Positions 25,426 to 35,348 of a stretch of DNA of 64,000 nt are shown here, one piece after another. The position numbers and the translations under genes are program-made. The DNA is from Oligoflexia bacterium (lineage in GTDB: Bacteria > Bdellovibrionota > UBA1018). The first letter of the stretch is position 1; the number at the start of each line of letters is the position of its first letter. The stretch lies in the NCBI GenBank assembly GCA_031292385.1, contig JARLHE010000055.1, positions 14,477 through 78,476 of the forward strand. The letters run 5' to 3'. Below the pieces are notes generated by a model. The model searched no databases, was not told where the DNA came from, and saw only the letters and a list, made by a program, of their open reading frames with translations.

Positions 25426-27116
25426 TCGGGTTTCTTTTTCTTTTGGTATCCTCTCTGGCGTCCCCGGCCCATGCCGCTGTGTCGATGCCGGATCTGGCCT
25501 TTCGCTCCGGTATCGAAACTTCGGATGAGCCGCTTCAAACCGAAGATTTCACGCGGCTTGATCCGGGCGCGGTGAATCCGCACCTGCAGCGCTGGGCGCT
25601 GAGCCGGGTGGTCGAGATTCTAGGGCTGACGACTCGAAAGCTTCCGACCGGCGCCTTTGGCGTCAGCGTCTCCGCGCTGGATTCGCGAAGCGTGATCCAT
25701 CTGCGCGGTCCGGGCGCTTGGTATCAGACGATCCAGCAATTTCCCTGTCAGGAGCGGGTGTCTTCTCCTGATTTCGCCACGCAAGAGGGCACGCGGGTTG
25801 TCGCCAACGAGGCCGCCAAGCTTTGGGACGAAATCCTTTTCGAAAAGAAAAACAGCCTCGCGCGCCGTCTGGCTCATGTCGCGCTGACCTCCGATGCGGA
25901 AGCGTTGGATACCGGCCAGCGCGTTTTCAAAGAGTGGCTCGGCGGGCTCGATCTGGAGTGGCGGGCTCGGGTCTCCAAAACGGTGCTTACCCAGCAGTGG
26001 CAGAAAGATCGAGCTGAAGCCCTGGCGCTTGGCGTTTGCCACGGTTATGCGCGCGCGACAAAGGCCTCCGAATACCATGAGGTTTGGCCGGATTCCTGGA
26101 TGAGTCTGCCTGATTTGGAGCGGGCTTCGCCTTCGCCACTCGTCATGCCCGTGTTTCGTGCACCAGCTCGGCGGGTGGGGGGATATTTTACGATCCGGCT
26201 CGATCTGCAAGTCGGGCTTCGCACGGTCAGCGGCCAGTTCGTGATCGATCCCGCAAGTCCTGGCAGTATCATTTCGCCGAGCTGGCTTGAGGCTCAAGGC
26301 GTGCGTCCGCCTTGGGTCGAAATTCCGGAGGCGGCGCTCGCGCATGTCCGCGTGCGCGCGGGGCAGGGAAGAACGGGATTGGCGAAAACGGCGTTTTTCG
26401 ACCGGGTGACCGCCAGCGGCTATGCGTTGGGAGTTCAGCGGTTTCAGCTTTATGAGGTTTCCGAAGTTTTCGATGAGCCCGAGTTTCCGGTGCCTTGTTG
26501 CTCCGGCATTTTGGGCCAGGATTTTTTAAGCCGGTATGTTCTCGAGTTCCGTCCCGGCGATCCGATGGAAGTGGTCGCGTGGCCGGTTGCCGGGTTCGGT
26601 TCTGCTCAATTGGCCGAAGGCGATGCCTGGGCCGAGCTGCGCCGCCTTCCCAGCGCGACTCTGGGGCTGTTTGATTTCGCGGTGGCTTGTTCGCCGCGGG
26701 TTCGGGCGCTTGGAGTTCCGAAAATCTGCGATGACCCCGCCACCGCTCTCAAGAACGCGGTGGCGCCGATCATCTTGGACGTTCCGCACGGACGGATCTG
26801 GTACTCCAAGAGCGAAGCCGCGGCGCCCCTCTATAAAAACCGTTCAGGCCTCAATCTGGCCTTTGGTTACGCTCATAAGAGCCGCGTTCTCTTGGTCAAG
26901 TCTATCGGCGACACTCCCGGCGCGCGCGCGCTGGCCAAAGACGGTTTGCGCGTCGGCACCGAGATTTTGGAATTGGGCGGCGTGCCTTCTGCGCAACTTG
27001 ACGCCTGGAAGGTGCAGCGCCTGCTTGCCGGTGTTTACGGAAAAGTCGTGGCCGTGAAGTGGGAGAAAAACCAGAGCGGCCGGATCGAATCCGCGCCGCT
27101 ACCGCTCCTGAATTAA
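25422..27116 (+). CDS. Secreted protein with C-terminal PDZ-like domain and a possible degenerate retropepsin-like domain
   Basis: The start overlaps the hflX stop (ATGA). Signal peptide MIGFLFLLVSSLASPAHA. FVIDPASPGSIISPSW resembles the D(T/S)G(A/S) flap region of clan AA peptidases but lacks the Gly. The C-terminus has LAKDGLRVGTEILELGG (PDZ-like). Confidence 0.55.
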   Translation: MIGFLFLLVSSLASPAHAAVSMPDLAFRSGIETSDEPLQTEDFTRLDPGAVNPHLQRWALSRVVEILGLTTRKLPTGAFGVSVSALDSRSVIHLRGPGAWYQTIQQFPCQERVSSPDFATQEGTRVVANEAAKLWDEILFEKKNSLARRLAHVALTSDAEALDTGQRVFKEWLGGLDLEWRARVSKTVLTQQWQKDRAEALALGVCHGYARATKASEYHEVWPDSWMSLPDLERASPSPLVMPVFRAPARRVGGYFTIRLDLQVGLRTVSGQFVIDPASPGSIISPSWLEAQGVRPPWVEIPEAALAHVRVRAGQGRTGLAKTAFFDRVTASGYALGVQRFQLYEVSEVFDEPEFPVPCCSGILGQDFLSRYVLEFRPGDPMEVVAWPVAGFGSAQLAEGDAWAELRRLPSATLGLFDFAVACSPRVRALGVPKICDDPATALKNAVAPIILDVPHGRIWYSKSEAAAPLYKNRSGLNLAFGYAHKSRVLLVKSIGDTPGARALAKDGLRVGTEILELGGVPSAQLDAWKVQRLLAGVYGKVVAVKWEKNQSGRIESAPLPLLN

Positions 27117-27174
27117 TTTTTCCCGGGACAGGTAATTGTTATCATTAATTAACAATTACCTGTCCCGGGAAAAA
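27117..27174. terminator. Bidirectional terminator: 24-25 bp perfect inverted repeat
   Basis: tttttcccgggacaggtaattgtt (27117-27140) is the exact reverse complement of aacaattacctgtcccgggaaaaa (27151-27174). It starts 1 nt after the stop of the + gene and includes the last 6 codons of truB. Confidence 0.8.
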
Positions 27175-28127
27175 ACTCGTTCGAGAGTCCAAGTGTTTTC
27201 CGCTCGAACCGCCATCGCCATGAGAGCTCGTTCGCAGTAGATCGCGACGCGCTCTCCGTCGCGGCCCGCGAGGATGTCGCTCAGGATGCTTTGCTGTCCG
27301 CGCTGGAGGGCCAGCGCGGCTGTCGCGTCGATTTCCACTCGCGGGTAATCGCCCAGCATCTGCGAGAACGGGACGAAGCATTCGGGCTCGATCAAAGGAT
27401 CTTGCTCCAAAAATCGCTCGTGCGTCCAAGCGCGCGCGATATCAAATGAACCCGAGCCCGTGCGCCGCAAGCTATCCAGCATGCCGACCGTTCCGAGTTT
27501 CTTCGCCAGGTCTTGCGCGAGAACCCGGATATAGGTGCCGGAGCTGCAGCTTACTTCGAAATGGCAACGCGCTACAGGTCCGTCCAAAACCCAATCAGAC
27601 AGAACAAACGATTCGATCTCACAGATTTTTGCTTCGCGCTCGATGTCGATTCCCTGGCGAGCGAGCTCGTAAAGGGGCTTGCCGTCCTTTTTCTTGGCGG
27701 AGTGCATGGGCGGGGTTTGCGCATAGGGTGCGCGGGTGAACTCCGCGGCCGCAGCAAGCGCTTCGTCGAAAGAGGGGAGGTGCCCGGAGCGTTCCGAAAC
27801 CGGTTCGGTCGGATCGCCGGGAATCGTGGTTTCGCCGAAGCGCAGCGTGCCTTCGTAGCGTTTGCGGGAGCCCAGGAAGTACCGCGCGAGCTTCACGCCG
27901 TCGCCCACGCAAACGACGAGCAGGCCGGTCGCGAAGGGGTCAAGCGTGCCGCCGTGGCCGAGTTTGGGAAGGGCGCGTTTGCGCAGCCCCGTTTGTTCGC
28001 GCCAACGGCGCTGGATCGTATCGATGATCCCGAAAGAGGAAATACCGATGGGCTTGTCGATCAGAAAGGCGCCGTGCCTGTGATCCGTCAGGTTATTTGT
28101 CGGTGCTGTCGTCGTCGTTGTCGTCAT
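27156..28127 (-). CDS. truB: tRNA pseudouridine(55) synthase TruB
   Basis: GHGGTLDPFATGLLVVCVG contains the catalytic Asp motif. It sits in the conserved rbfA-truB context. Confidence 0.93.
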   Translation of the reverse strand: MTTTTTTAPTNNLTDHRHGAFLIDKPIGISSFGIIDTIQRRWREQTGLRKRALPKLGHGGTLDPFATGLLVVCVGDGVKLARYFLGSRKRYEGTLRFGETTIPGDPTEPVSERSGHLPSFDEALAAAAEFTRAPYAQTPPMHSAKKKDGKPLYELARQGIDIEREAKICEIESFVLSDWVLDGPVARCHFEVSCSSGTYIRVLAQDLAKKLGTVGMLDSLRRTGSGSFDIARAWTHERFLEQDPLIEPECFVPFSQMLGDYPRVEIDATAALALQRGQQSILSDILAGRDGERVAIYCERALMAMAVRAENTWTLERVFSRDR

Positions 28128-28542
28128 GAGACGCGTGATCGTCCGATGCCGGCGCCGCGGGTTTGGTCGAGATTTCCTTCAAAAGCTCGTGCACGCGGAT
28201 CGTGTTTTCAAAGCCGCGATCTTCCCGGAAAATCAAAGTAGGGATGTGCCTCACGGTCAGGATTCCCGCGATATGCCGCCGCAGAAAGCCCGCGGCGGAG
28301 TTCAGGCCCTGCAGGCAGTCTTTCATGCGCTGGTTTTGGCTCTGGGTTTGCGCTTTCTCGTCGATACCCATGCTCGCGCCCAGGATGGCGATGAAAACGG
28401 TGGCTTGGCCGCCATCGGGAGTCACTTGCACGCTGGTGATGGTGACCGACGGAATGCGCGGGTCCTTCACCTCGCGCGCGATCACGGTAGCAAGCTCCTC
28501 TTGTATGACTGCCTGCAACCGTTGTCTTCGGGTTTCCAGCAT
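28093..28542 (-). CDS. rbfA: Ribosome-binding factor A
   Basis: Contains RLQAVIQEELATVIAREVKDPRI and PTLIFREDRGFEN. Located downstream of infB. Confidence 0.9.
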   Translation of the reverse strand: MLETRRQRLQAVIQEELATVIAREVKDPRIPSVTITSVQVTPDGGQATVFIAILGASMGIDEKAQTQSQNQRMKDCLQGLNSAAGFLRRHIAGILTVRHIPTLIFREDRGFENTIRVHELLKEISTKPAAPASDDHASHDDNDDDSTDK

Positions 28543-28546
28543 AAAC

Positions 28547-31456
28547 CTAAGCGTCCAGCTCGGGCGTGACCATTTCGATCTGATACGCTTCGATCAAGTC
28601 GCCGGGCTTCAGGTCGTTGTAGTTTTCGATGCCGATACCGCATTCGAAGCCTTGAGCCACTTCCTTCGCGTCGTCTTTGAAGCGGCGCAGGGAAGACATC
28701 TTGCCTTCGAAAATCACGCGGCTGTCGCGAAGCAGTCGGACGTTCGCGCCGCGGAGCATTTTTCCGTCGATGACGGAAGTACCCGCGATCGTGCCGATCT
28801 TCGGCACGTTGAACGTCTGGCGAACCTCGGCGCGGCCGAGGAATTTCTCGACCTTCTTTTTGTCGAGCATACCCGCCATGGCTTTCTTCACGTCGTCGAG
28901 CAATTCGTAGATGATCGTGTACGTCTTGATCTCGACGTGCTCGGCTTCGGCAAGTTGCCGGGCCTTGGTCTCGGGACGAACGTTAAAGCCGATGATGATC
29001 GCGTGCTCCGAGGCGCTTGCGAGCAGGACATCGCTTTCCGTGATGCCGCCCGGAGCGGCGTAGATCACTTTCACTTTGACCTTTTCGTTCGAGAGCTTCA
29101 CCAGGCTGTCGCGCACGGCTTCAACCGATCCGAAGACGTCGCCCTTGAGGACGATTTCCAGCTCCTTCACGCTGCCGCTCGAGATCTTCGCGAAAAGATC
29201 CTCCAGCGATGCCTTCGTATGAGCGGTAGTCGCCTTCGCGCGGGCCTTATCGATGCGGTTCTCCGCGACATCGCGTGCCGCCGCTTCCGAGGTCGTGACC
29301 GAGAAGGTTTCACCGGCGTTTGGAAGGCCTTCAAAACCCAGGATCTCAACCGCAATGCCAGGGGTCGCTGACTTCACCGTACGGCCCTTGTCATCGGTCA
29401 GCGCGCGGACCTTGCCCGAGAACTGTGCCGAAACGATCGGGTCGCCGACTTTGAGAGTTCCTCGCGAAACGAGCACGCTGACCACCGGTCCGCGTCCCTT
29501 CTCAAGGCGGGCTTCGAGCACCGTGCCCGAGGCCTGCGCATTGGCGTTCGCTTTCAAATCGAGAACTTCCGCTTGAAGCAGAATCGCGTCGAGCAATTTA
29601 TCGATGTTGGTTTTCTTCAAAGCCGAAACAGGGATGAACATCGTGTCGCCGCCCCATTCTTCGGCGAGCAAATTCAGCTCGGACAGCGCTTGCTTGATTT
29701 TCTCCGGATTCGCGCCCGGCTTATCGATCTTATTGACCGCGACGATGATCGGGACCTTCGCCGCTTGCGCATGGCTCAAGGCCTCGCGGGTCTGCGGCAT
29801 CACGCCGTCATCGGCCGAAACGACCAGGATGACGATATCGGTGACGTTCGCGCCGCGGGCGCGCATGACGGAAAACGCCTCGTGGCCCGGGGTATCGATG
29901 AAGGTGATCAGCTTGCCGTTTTTCTCGACCGTGTAAGCGCCGATGTGCTGAGTGATCCCTCCGGCTTCGCCCCCGGCGACATTCGTTTCGCGAATGGCGT
30001 CGAGCAGAGTCGTTTTGCCGTGGTCGACGTGCCCCATGATCGTGACGATCGGAGGACGAGGTTCCGTGTCCTCGGCTTTGTCCGTCGAGGTCGTGGCGGC
30101 GAGCGCTGCGGCCTCGTTGAAGGCCGTGTTACGGGCTTCGTAGCCGTATTCTTGCGCGATCAGGGTTGCGGTGTCGCCATCAAGGGACGTGTTGATGGTC
30201 GCCATCTGGCCCATGGCCATGACTTTGCGCAGAACATCGGTTGCTTTGACGCTCAGCTGATTGGCCAAGTCGCCCAAAGTGATGGTGTCTTCGAATTCGA
30301 CGACGCGCTTTTGAGCGCTTTTCTGGGTGATCTGCGTTTTCTTGATCTCCTTGCCGATGGGAAGTCTCTTCTTCTTGGGAAGAAAAACCATTTCTTTTTT
30401 GCGGTAGTCGGCGAAGCGCACGTCTTCCGGGCGGATTTCGGCCTCTTTGCCGCCCCCGCGTTTTTTCGCGGCTTCTTCCTCGACCATCTGGTCGATGTTT
30501 TCCTTGGTCATCCGGATAATGCGGAAGCCTTCTTTATTATCGCCAGCCGGGCGTGGGCCCACGACCGGCTTTGCCGTCGCAGGAGCAGCCGGTTTGATCA
30601 CCGGACGGGGCGGCGGCGCGATCGGCTCAACGATTTTCAGAATGCTCCTTCTAGGAGCCACTGGGCGCGTGAACGGGGCGATCGGCGGACGAGCCGGTTT
30701 GCTCACGGGCGCGGTGCCGGTTGCGGTGGCCGGGGCGCTGCTCGCTGCTTGAGTCGTAGTGGCCGGAGCCGTTGCTCCCGCAGCCGCGGCAGGCGACAAC
30801 TCTTGGGATTCAGGAGCGCTTGCGGCGGCCTCTGCCTGGCCTTCCGTCTGAGCCGCTTCGGCAACGGACGGTTCACCGGCTTCGCCTGCGTAAGCTTGCG
30901 GCTCGTGAGCGCTTGCGGCGCTCGTTTCCGTCGCTTCTTCGTAGTAACTCGAAGCTGCTTCGCCTTGCGCTTCTTCGTAACCATAGGGGCTGGCGGCGGC
31001 GCCTTCGCGGTGCTCGGACTCGGCAACCGCGCCCGTCGGACGCACCAGGGTTCCGGCCGAGGTGACGGTTTCAGTCTGTCCTTCCGCGTTGGTCCTTCTG
31101 CGAAGAACCGGCGTGCTTGCCTTTGGAGCGTGGGATTCAGCGGGAGCCGCTTCCACCGGCTCGGCCGCCTTTTTCTTCGTTTTGCTGACAACCGTTTTCT
31201 TGGCGGCAGGCGCTGCGGCGCCCGTGGTCGCCGTTGCCGCTGCCTTCTTCGCAGCCGTGCTCTTGGCTTTGGCTGCGGGCGCAGGATTCAGCGAAGTACG
31301 AGCGAGAGTGACATCGGCCACGCTCAGGTCGCTCATATGGTTCTTGACGTTGATATTCAGGCCCTTGAGCTTGTCGAGCAAGGAAAGGGGGGGCATCCCC
31401 AATTCCTTCGCAAGTTCATAAACCTTGACGTTCTGCTGTTCGGACATTCCGATCAC
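28547..31456 (-). CDS. infB: Translation initiation factor IF-2
   Basis: Contains [11 protein letters not shown], the G-domain [22 protein letters not shown] and NKID. The N-terminal region is long and Ala/Pro-rich. An ATG at 31447 with an upstream GGGAGAG is an alternative start to the GTG at 31456. Confidence 0.96.
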   Translation of the reverse strand: MIGMSEQQNVKVYELAKELGMPPLSLLDKLKGLNINVKNHMSDLSVADVTLARTSLNPAPAAKAKSTAAKKAAATATTGAAAPAAKKTVVSKTKKKAAEPVEAAPAESHAPKASTPVLRRRTNAEGQTETVTSAGTLVRPTGAVAESEHREGAAASPYGYEEAQGEAASSYYEEATETSAASAHEPQAYAGEAGEPSVAEAAQTEGQAEAAASAPESQELSPAAAAGATAPATTTQAASSAPATATGTAPVSKPARPPIAPFTRPVAPRRSILKIVEPIAPPPRPVIKPAAPATAKPVVGPRPAGDNKEGFRIIRMTKENIDQMVEEEAAKKRGGGKEAEIRPEDVRFADYRKKEMVFLPKKKRLPIGKEIKKTQITQKSAQKRVVEFEDTITLGDLANQLSVKATDVLRKVMAMGQMATINTSLDGDTATLIAQEYGYEARNTAFNEAAALAATTSTDKAEDTEPRPPIVTIMGHVDHGKTTLLDAIRETNVAGGEAGGITQHIGAYTVEKNGKLITFIDTPGHEAFSVMRARGANVTDIVILVVSADDGVMPQTREALSHAQAAKVPIIVAVNKIDKPGANPEKIKQALSELNLLAEEWGGDTMFIPVSALKKTNIDKLLDAILLQAEVLDLKANANAQASGTVLEARLEKGRGPVVSVLVSRGTLKVGDPIVSAQFSGKVRALTDDKGRTVKSATPGIAVEILGFEGLPNAGETFSVTTSEAAARDVAENRIDKARAKATTAHTKASLEDLFAKISSGSVKELEIVLKGDVFGSVEAVRDSLVKLSNEKVKVKVIYAAPGGITESDVLLASASEHAIIIGFNVRPETKARQLAEAEHVEIKTYTIIYELLDDVKKAMAGMLDKKKVEKFLGRAEVRQTFNVPKIGTIAGTSVIDGKMLRGANVRLLRDSRVIFEGKMSSLRRFKDDAKEVAQGFECGIGIENYNDLKPGDLIEAYQIEMVTPELDA

Positions 31457-32904
31457 TCTCCCTGCTTCCCGTTCTTCTCAGACTGCTTTGTCTCGGCTGA
31501 ATCGCTTCCCGCTGCCGCCGGTTCCGCTTGGCTGAGCATTTCGCGCAGGCGGGCTTCGGCGAGCGATTTCGCGTCCATCGAGGCCGGAGCCGCGCTGAAG
31601 GTTCCCTTCGCGTCCTCGGTCGCGCCGCCTGGCGAAACCGCGAGCATATCCCCGGCCTTTTCGACCACGCTCTTGGCGCGATCTTTCAGGGCATGGGCCG
31701 CTTCGGCCGAATCGTAGCCTGGAATTTTCGTCAGGTTCTCGATCGGAGCTTCCGCAACCGCGCGGACATTGAAGTAGCCCGCTTGGTAAATGGCTTGCGC
31801 GAGCGTTTCGTTCACTCCTTCGATGTGCTGAAGGTTGAAGATCGCTTCGCTCGTGCGTTTCTGGAGCTTGGTCTTCGAAATGATATCGAGTCTCCAGCCT
31901 GTCAGCTGGGCGGCGAGGCGGACGTTCTGGCCCTTGCGCCCGATCGCGAGCGAGAGCTGATCGTCTTCCACCATGATTTCCATGGTGCGATTGCGCTCGT
32001 CGACGCGAATGGAGGAAATTTCGGCCGGCGCCAAGGCCGAGCGAACGAAGATCATCGGGTTCTCGCTCCAAGGAATGATGTCGATTTTCTCGCCCTTCAA
32101 TTCCTGGATGACGTTCTGGACGCGAATGCCCTTCATGCCGACGCAAGCGCCGACCGGATCGACGTCGCGATCGCTGGAGACCACGGCGATCTTCGAGCGG
32201 GCGCCCGGTTCGCGGGCGCAGACCTTGATTTCTACGATGCCTTCGCGGATTTCCGGCACTTCCATCTCGAAAAGCTTCATGAGGTATTTCGGCGAAGTGC
32301 GGGTCAGGTAAAGTTGCGGGCCGCGGGTGGACAGCGCCACATCCGACAGATAGGCCTGAACGCGGTCGCCCGGCTTGAATTGCTCGCCCGGAATGATTTC
32401 CGTGCGGGGGAGCAAAGCGTCGGTCTTGCCGAGGTCGATCACCAGATTGCCCCGCTCGATGCGGCGGGCGATGCCGGTGATGATCTCGCCTTTGCGGTGA
32501 ATGTATTCGTTGTAGATGATCTCGCGCTCGGCGTCGCGGACCTTCTGGAAGATCACTTGCTTTGCCGTTTGCGCGTCGATGCGGCCGAAACCAGGGGCTT
32601 CGACTTTAACGCCCAGCTCATCGCCGATGTTCGCTTCGGGGTCGAGCTTGCGGGCTTCTTCGATTTGGATTTCTTCCGCTTCCTCGAGCATGTCGAGATC
32701 GCTGTCGACGACCTTCTTGAACTGGAACAAATCGATCTCGCCCGTTTCATTGTTGTAGTGGGCTTCGAGGACGGCGTTCGCGCCGTATTTTTTCTGGGCG
32801 GCCATGAGAACGGCCTGTTCCAGAGCGCTGATGATGATTTCGCGCTTGATGCCGCGATCTTTGCCGACGGCTTCAATTACTCTGCTTAATTCTGAACTGT
32901 TCAT
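31453..32904 (-). CDS. nusA: Transcription termination/antitermination factor NusA
   Basis: Contains [19 protein letters not shown]1 and KH regions ([27 protein letters not shown]) and a C-terminal acidic tail. Confidence 0.95.
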   Translation of the reverse strand: MNSSELSRVIEAVGKDRGIKREIIISALEQAVLMAAQKKYGANAVLEAHYNNETGEIDLFQFKKVVDSDLDMLEEAEEIQIEEARKLDPEANIGDELGVKVEAPGFGRIDAQTAKQVIFQKVRDAEREIIYNEYIHRKGEIITGIARRIERGNLVIDLGKTDALLPRTEIIPGEQFKPGDRVQAYLSDVALSTRGPQLYLTRTSPKYLMKLFEMEVPEIREGIVEIKVCAREPGARSKIAVVSSDRDVDPVGACVGMKGIRVQNVIQELKGEKIDIIPWSENPMIFVRSALAPAEISSIRVDERNRTMEIMVEDDQLSLAIGRKGQNVRLAAQLTGWRLDIISKTKLQKRTSEAIFNLQHIEGVNETLAQAIYQAGYFNVRAVAEAPIENLTKIPGYDSAEAAHALKDRAKSVVEKAGDMLAVSPGGATEDAKGTFSAAPASMDAKSLAEARLREMLSQAEPAAAGSDSAETKQSEKNGKQGE

Positions 32905-32926
32905 AGGTTCTCCTTAAAATCGCAAC

Positions 32927-33643
32927 TTAATCTTCAAAGTCAAATTGGGGTTCCAGATTCGCTTTCGAAACCAGTGAAAGCGGAATGCTGATCTTTAAAT
33001 TTGCCTGGCAGCTTTCCGGACTCGAACCCGCGTCTTTTTTGCGCTTTGATTTTTTGTTTTTTTTGTCCGAATCCATTCCGCCGGTCGGGTTGACCTGGAG
33101 TCGGACGCTTTGGTTTTCCAGCCCCAAGAGGGTGCCCAAGAAGTTTTTCTGCTTCGGATTGCGCGCGTGGTATTCCGGGTTCGCAAGCTCCTCGGCGGAG
33201 AGGGGACGGAATACGTGCAGCCGCGCTTCGCGGCCGGCGAACCGGAGATAGTCTTTCGCTTTTCGAAGCGGGCGATCGACGCCGGGCGAGGAGACTTCGA
33301 GCTCATAAGAAGCCGAGCCGAAAATTTTGCCGACGAGCTCGGACAGCGCCGGATCCTGATCAAGCGGCTCGTCCACGGCGCGGGTCACTTTCACGCAATC
33401 GTCGATGGTGACGCCTTGATCGGGCGTGTTCGAGTCAATGAACAAGCGAAGCAATTTCTGGCGGTGCGTTTGCGCTTCCGCATGAACGAGCTCATAGCCC
33501 AGCGGCTGAACGATGGAATCGAGCAGCTCGATCAGGTGCAAAACCGGGTCGCTGGAGCGTGCTTCTGACCCCGCGCGGGAGGAGTCAGCTGGCTGCGCCA
33601 TGCCTTGCTGGGATGATTCGGTTTGTTGCGTGCTTTGCGTCAT
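32927..33643 (-). CDS. rimP: Ribosome maturation factor RimP (with N- and C-terminal extensions)
   Basis: Contains LIELLDSIVQPLGYELVHAE..LRLFID and YELEVSSPGVDRPL. The ORF maximum (33703) begins with TTG inside a terminator U-tract, so ATG 33643 or ATG 33601 is more likely. Confidence 0.85.
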   Translation of the reverse strand: MTQSTQQTESSQQGMAQPADSSRAGSEARSSDPVLHLIELLDSIVQPLGYELVHAEAQTHRQKLLRLFIDSNTPDQGVTIDDCVKVTRAVDEPLDQDPALSELVGKIFGSASYELEVSSPGVDRPLRKAKDYLRFAGREARLHVFRPLSAEELANPEYHARNPKQKNFLGTLLGLENQSVRLQVNPTGGMDSDKKNKKSKRKKDAGSSPESCQANLKISIPLSLVSKANLEPQFDFED

Positions 33644-33701
33644 TTCACTTTGTGTCAGTTTGTGTCGTCCGTCTAGGTCGCTTAATTTTCGTCGTTTGGG
33701 C

Positions 33702-33730
33702 AAAAAAAAGAGCGGGCTTTTGGCCCACTC
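33702..33730 (-). terminator. Intrinsic terminator-like hairpin plus U8 in the leader upstream of rimP-nusA-infB (candidate attenuator)
   Basis: The minus-strand RNA reads GAGUGGGCC-AAAA-GCCCGCUC followed by UUUUUUUU. This is an 8-bp stem with one G-U pair. On the plus strand the same position is a C-A mismatch and no U-tract follows. Confidence 0.55.
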
Positions 33731-33815
33731 CTGTGTGACCTGATAACTTAACGCTTCTTTACCACAAGGTATTTTTTAAGCCAACCCCCATCTCTTGCCG
33801 ATTCGGAGACTTTTC

Positions 33816-33844
33816 TTGACAGCAAGTTAGGCCCCTGTTCCAAT
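33816..33844 (+). promoter_or_regulatory. Candidate sigma-70 promoter for the cytochrome c gene
   Basis: TTGACA (33816-33821), a 17-bp spacer, then TCCAAT (33839-33844). A GAGGA RBS at 33852 precedes the ATG at 33860. Confidence 0.3.
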
Positions 33845-33859
33845 TAAATTCGAGGACTT

Positions 33860-34702
33860 ATGCACAGAACAGGACTACGGTCGCGTCGTGATAGACATCG
33901 TATAGTAGGCTGGGCAGTCGTATTTTCGGGTTTAGTCGCTTTATCGAATGTTGCCTGGGCTCAGGGCCTAAACTCCGATCCGAATACTCAGGTGACAGTC
34001 GTCTGGAATGCCTCGGGCGTTGAAAGCTCGCTGCATGCGTGGACGGCTTCCGAGCTGATTCATGGCAAACATTCCTCCGCGCATGAAAAGGAATCCGAAA
34101 CCGGGCGGACTTCGTCTTGGCAAGGACCGGTGCTTTCGGAGTTCATCAAAGATTCCATGAAAGAGTTGCCGCTCGCTCAGCAGGCGATGGTCGATCTGGT
34201 GGTTTTCAAAAATCGAAGCGGCGCGAGCGTCGCGATTCCGCGTTGGCTGCTCACTCGTTATCCCGTGCGGCTGGCGACCGTGGCCGGAGCCGCTCAGCCT
34301 TCCTTTCAAGTGGTTTTGCCTTGGGGCTCGAAGCCGGGGATGCACAAGGAAAACCTGCCATTGAAGACCTATGGCATCACGGATGTCGTGCGCGTCGAGT
34401 TTTCCAGTTACGATCAGGCCTATCATCCGCTCTATCTGCATAAGCGAAACGATCCGGTCGCGATGAAGGGAGAAAAAATCTTTCTTCAAAACTGCACCAG
34501 CTGCCATGCCAACAGCGCTCCGAAAAACGTTTCGATTACGGATTTGATCGCCGATCAGCGCACCCGTCAGTTGGCTTCGCAGGGACATCCGGTGATTCCC
34601 GATGCCCCCAAACTCTCGGATTCGGAAGCCCGCGCTTTAACCGCGTACCTGGACGCTTATCGGAGTGAGAACCCTTCGTCCCCCGTATCGGCCAAGAATT
34701 AG
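33860..34702 (+). CDS. Secreted c-type cytochrome domain protein
   Basis: Signal/anchor IVGWAVVFSGLVALSNVAWA. A single haem-binding motif CTSCHAN lies in the C-terminal about 90 aa. Confidence 0.7.
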   Translation: MHRTGLRSRRDRHRIVGWAVVFSGLVALSNVAWAQGLNSDPNTQVTVVWNASGVESSLHAWTASELIHGKHSSAHEKESETGRTSSWQGPVLSEFIKDSMKELPLAQQAMVDLVVFKNRSGASVAIPRWLLTRYPVRLATVAGAAQPSFQVVLPWGSKPGMHKENLPLKTYGITDVVRVEFSSYDQAYHPLYLHKRNDPVAMKGEKIFLQNCTSCHANSAPKNVSITDLIADQRTRQLASQGHPVIPDAPKLSDSEARALTAYLDAYRSENPSSPVSAKN

Positions 34703-34706
34703 GCCG

Positions 34707-35270
34707 CTATTTCCGCTTTACGTTCGAAGGGGCGAAATCGATTTCCTTCGGGACTTTGGAACCATCCAAGACGTAGTCGGGCCGGACGTTCGCGTGCGAT
34801 GAGTCTGACCCGCTTCCGCCAAAGGCCATGGGAAAACTCGGGCCACCATCGTTCTGGCTCAGAGAGGATGTTCCGCCCGCGCGGGCGGGGGAGCGTTTGA
34901 GGTAGGTTTCGACCGGCGCGTTCGGATCGTACTGGGACGCATTCATGCGGCTCCCGTCCGGCAAAAACACTTGGTTGAAAATCAGGCTGTCGTTTTGCTC
35001 CTGCCGTTGGGTGGCGAGCTGCGAGAACTTGGTGTTCGAGTCACTCAGCTCCGCGTTGAGATTCGCATGGCGTTGGCTTGCGCTCGTTCCCGGATTTGCC
35101 AACATGTTTTGATAAAAGCGCGTCAGCCCCTGCGCTTGTTCCGATTGAATCGCTTGAAGAGCGGAATCGTCGGCGTAGGCGAAGCCCCCTGCCAATTCCA
35201 TGCAGCCGAAGGCCGCGCTTAAAGCGGTTAGTAGAAAGATGCTCGATTTTGTCTGGGTCATTTCAGACAC
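34707..35270 (-). CDS. Secreted hypothetical protein
   Basis: Signal peptide SSIFLLTALSAAFGCMELAGGFAYA. 187 aa with no recognisable domain. Confidence 0.55.
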   Translation of the reverse strand: MSEMTQTKSSIFLLTALSAAFGCMELAGGFAYADDSALQAIQSEQAQGLTRFYQNMLANPGTSASQRHANLNAELSDSNTKFSQLATQRQEQNDSLIFNQVFLPDGSRMNASQYDPNAPVETYLKRSPARAGGTSSLSQNDGGPSFPMAFGGSGSDSSHANVRPDYVLDGSKVPKEIDFAPSNVKRK

Positions 35271-35348
35271 CCCTCAATTTAATATCCGACTTAAATAGTT
35301 TGTCATTGCCGTTGACCCATGTCAAAATAATGTTTGGGGGAATAATTT

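Noticed and set aside
28163-29371. 402-aa ORF on the plus strand
   Set aside because: It is antisense to rbfA and infB, a shadow ORF.
29573-31717. 714-aa ORF on the plus strand
   Set aside because: It lies entirely antisense to infB and nusA, which have unmistakable motifs. Its sequence is Arg/Gly/Ala/Phe-rich nonsense, typical of the reverse frame of GC-rich genes.
33644-33703. TTG start for rimP at 33703
   Set aside because: The codon lies within the U-tract of a minus-strand terminator hairpin. ATG codons at 33643 and 33601 lie downstream, the latter with an AAGG RBS.
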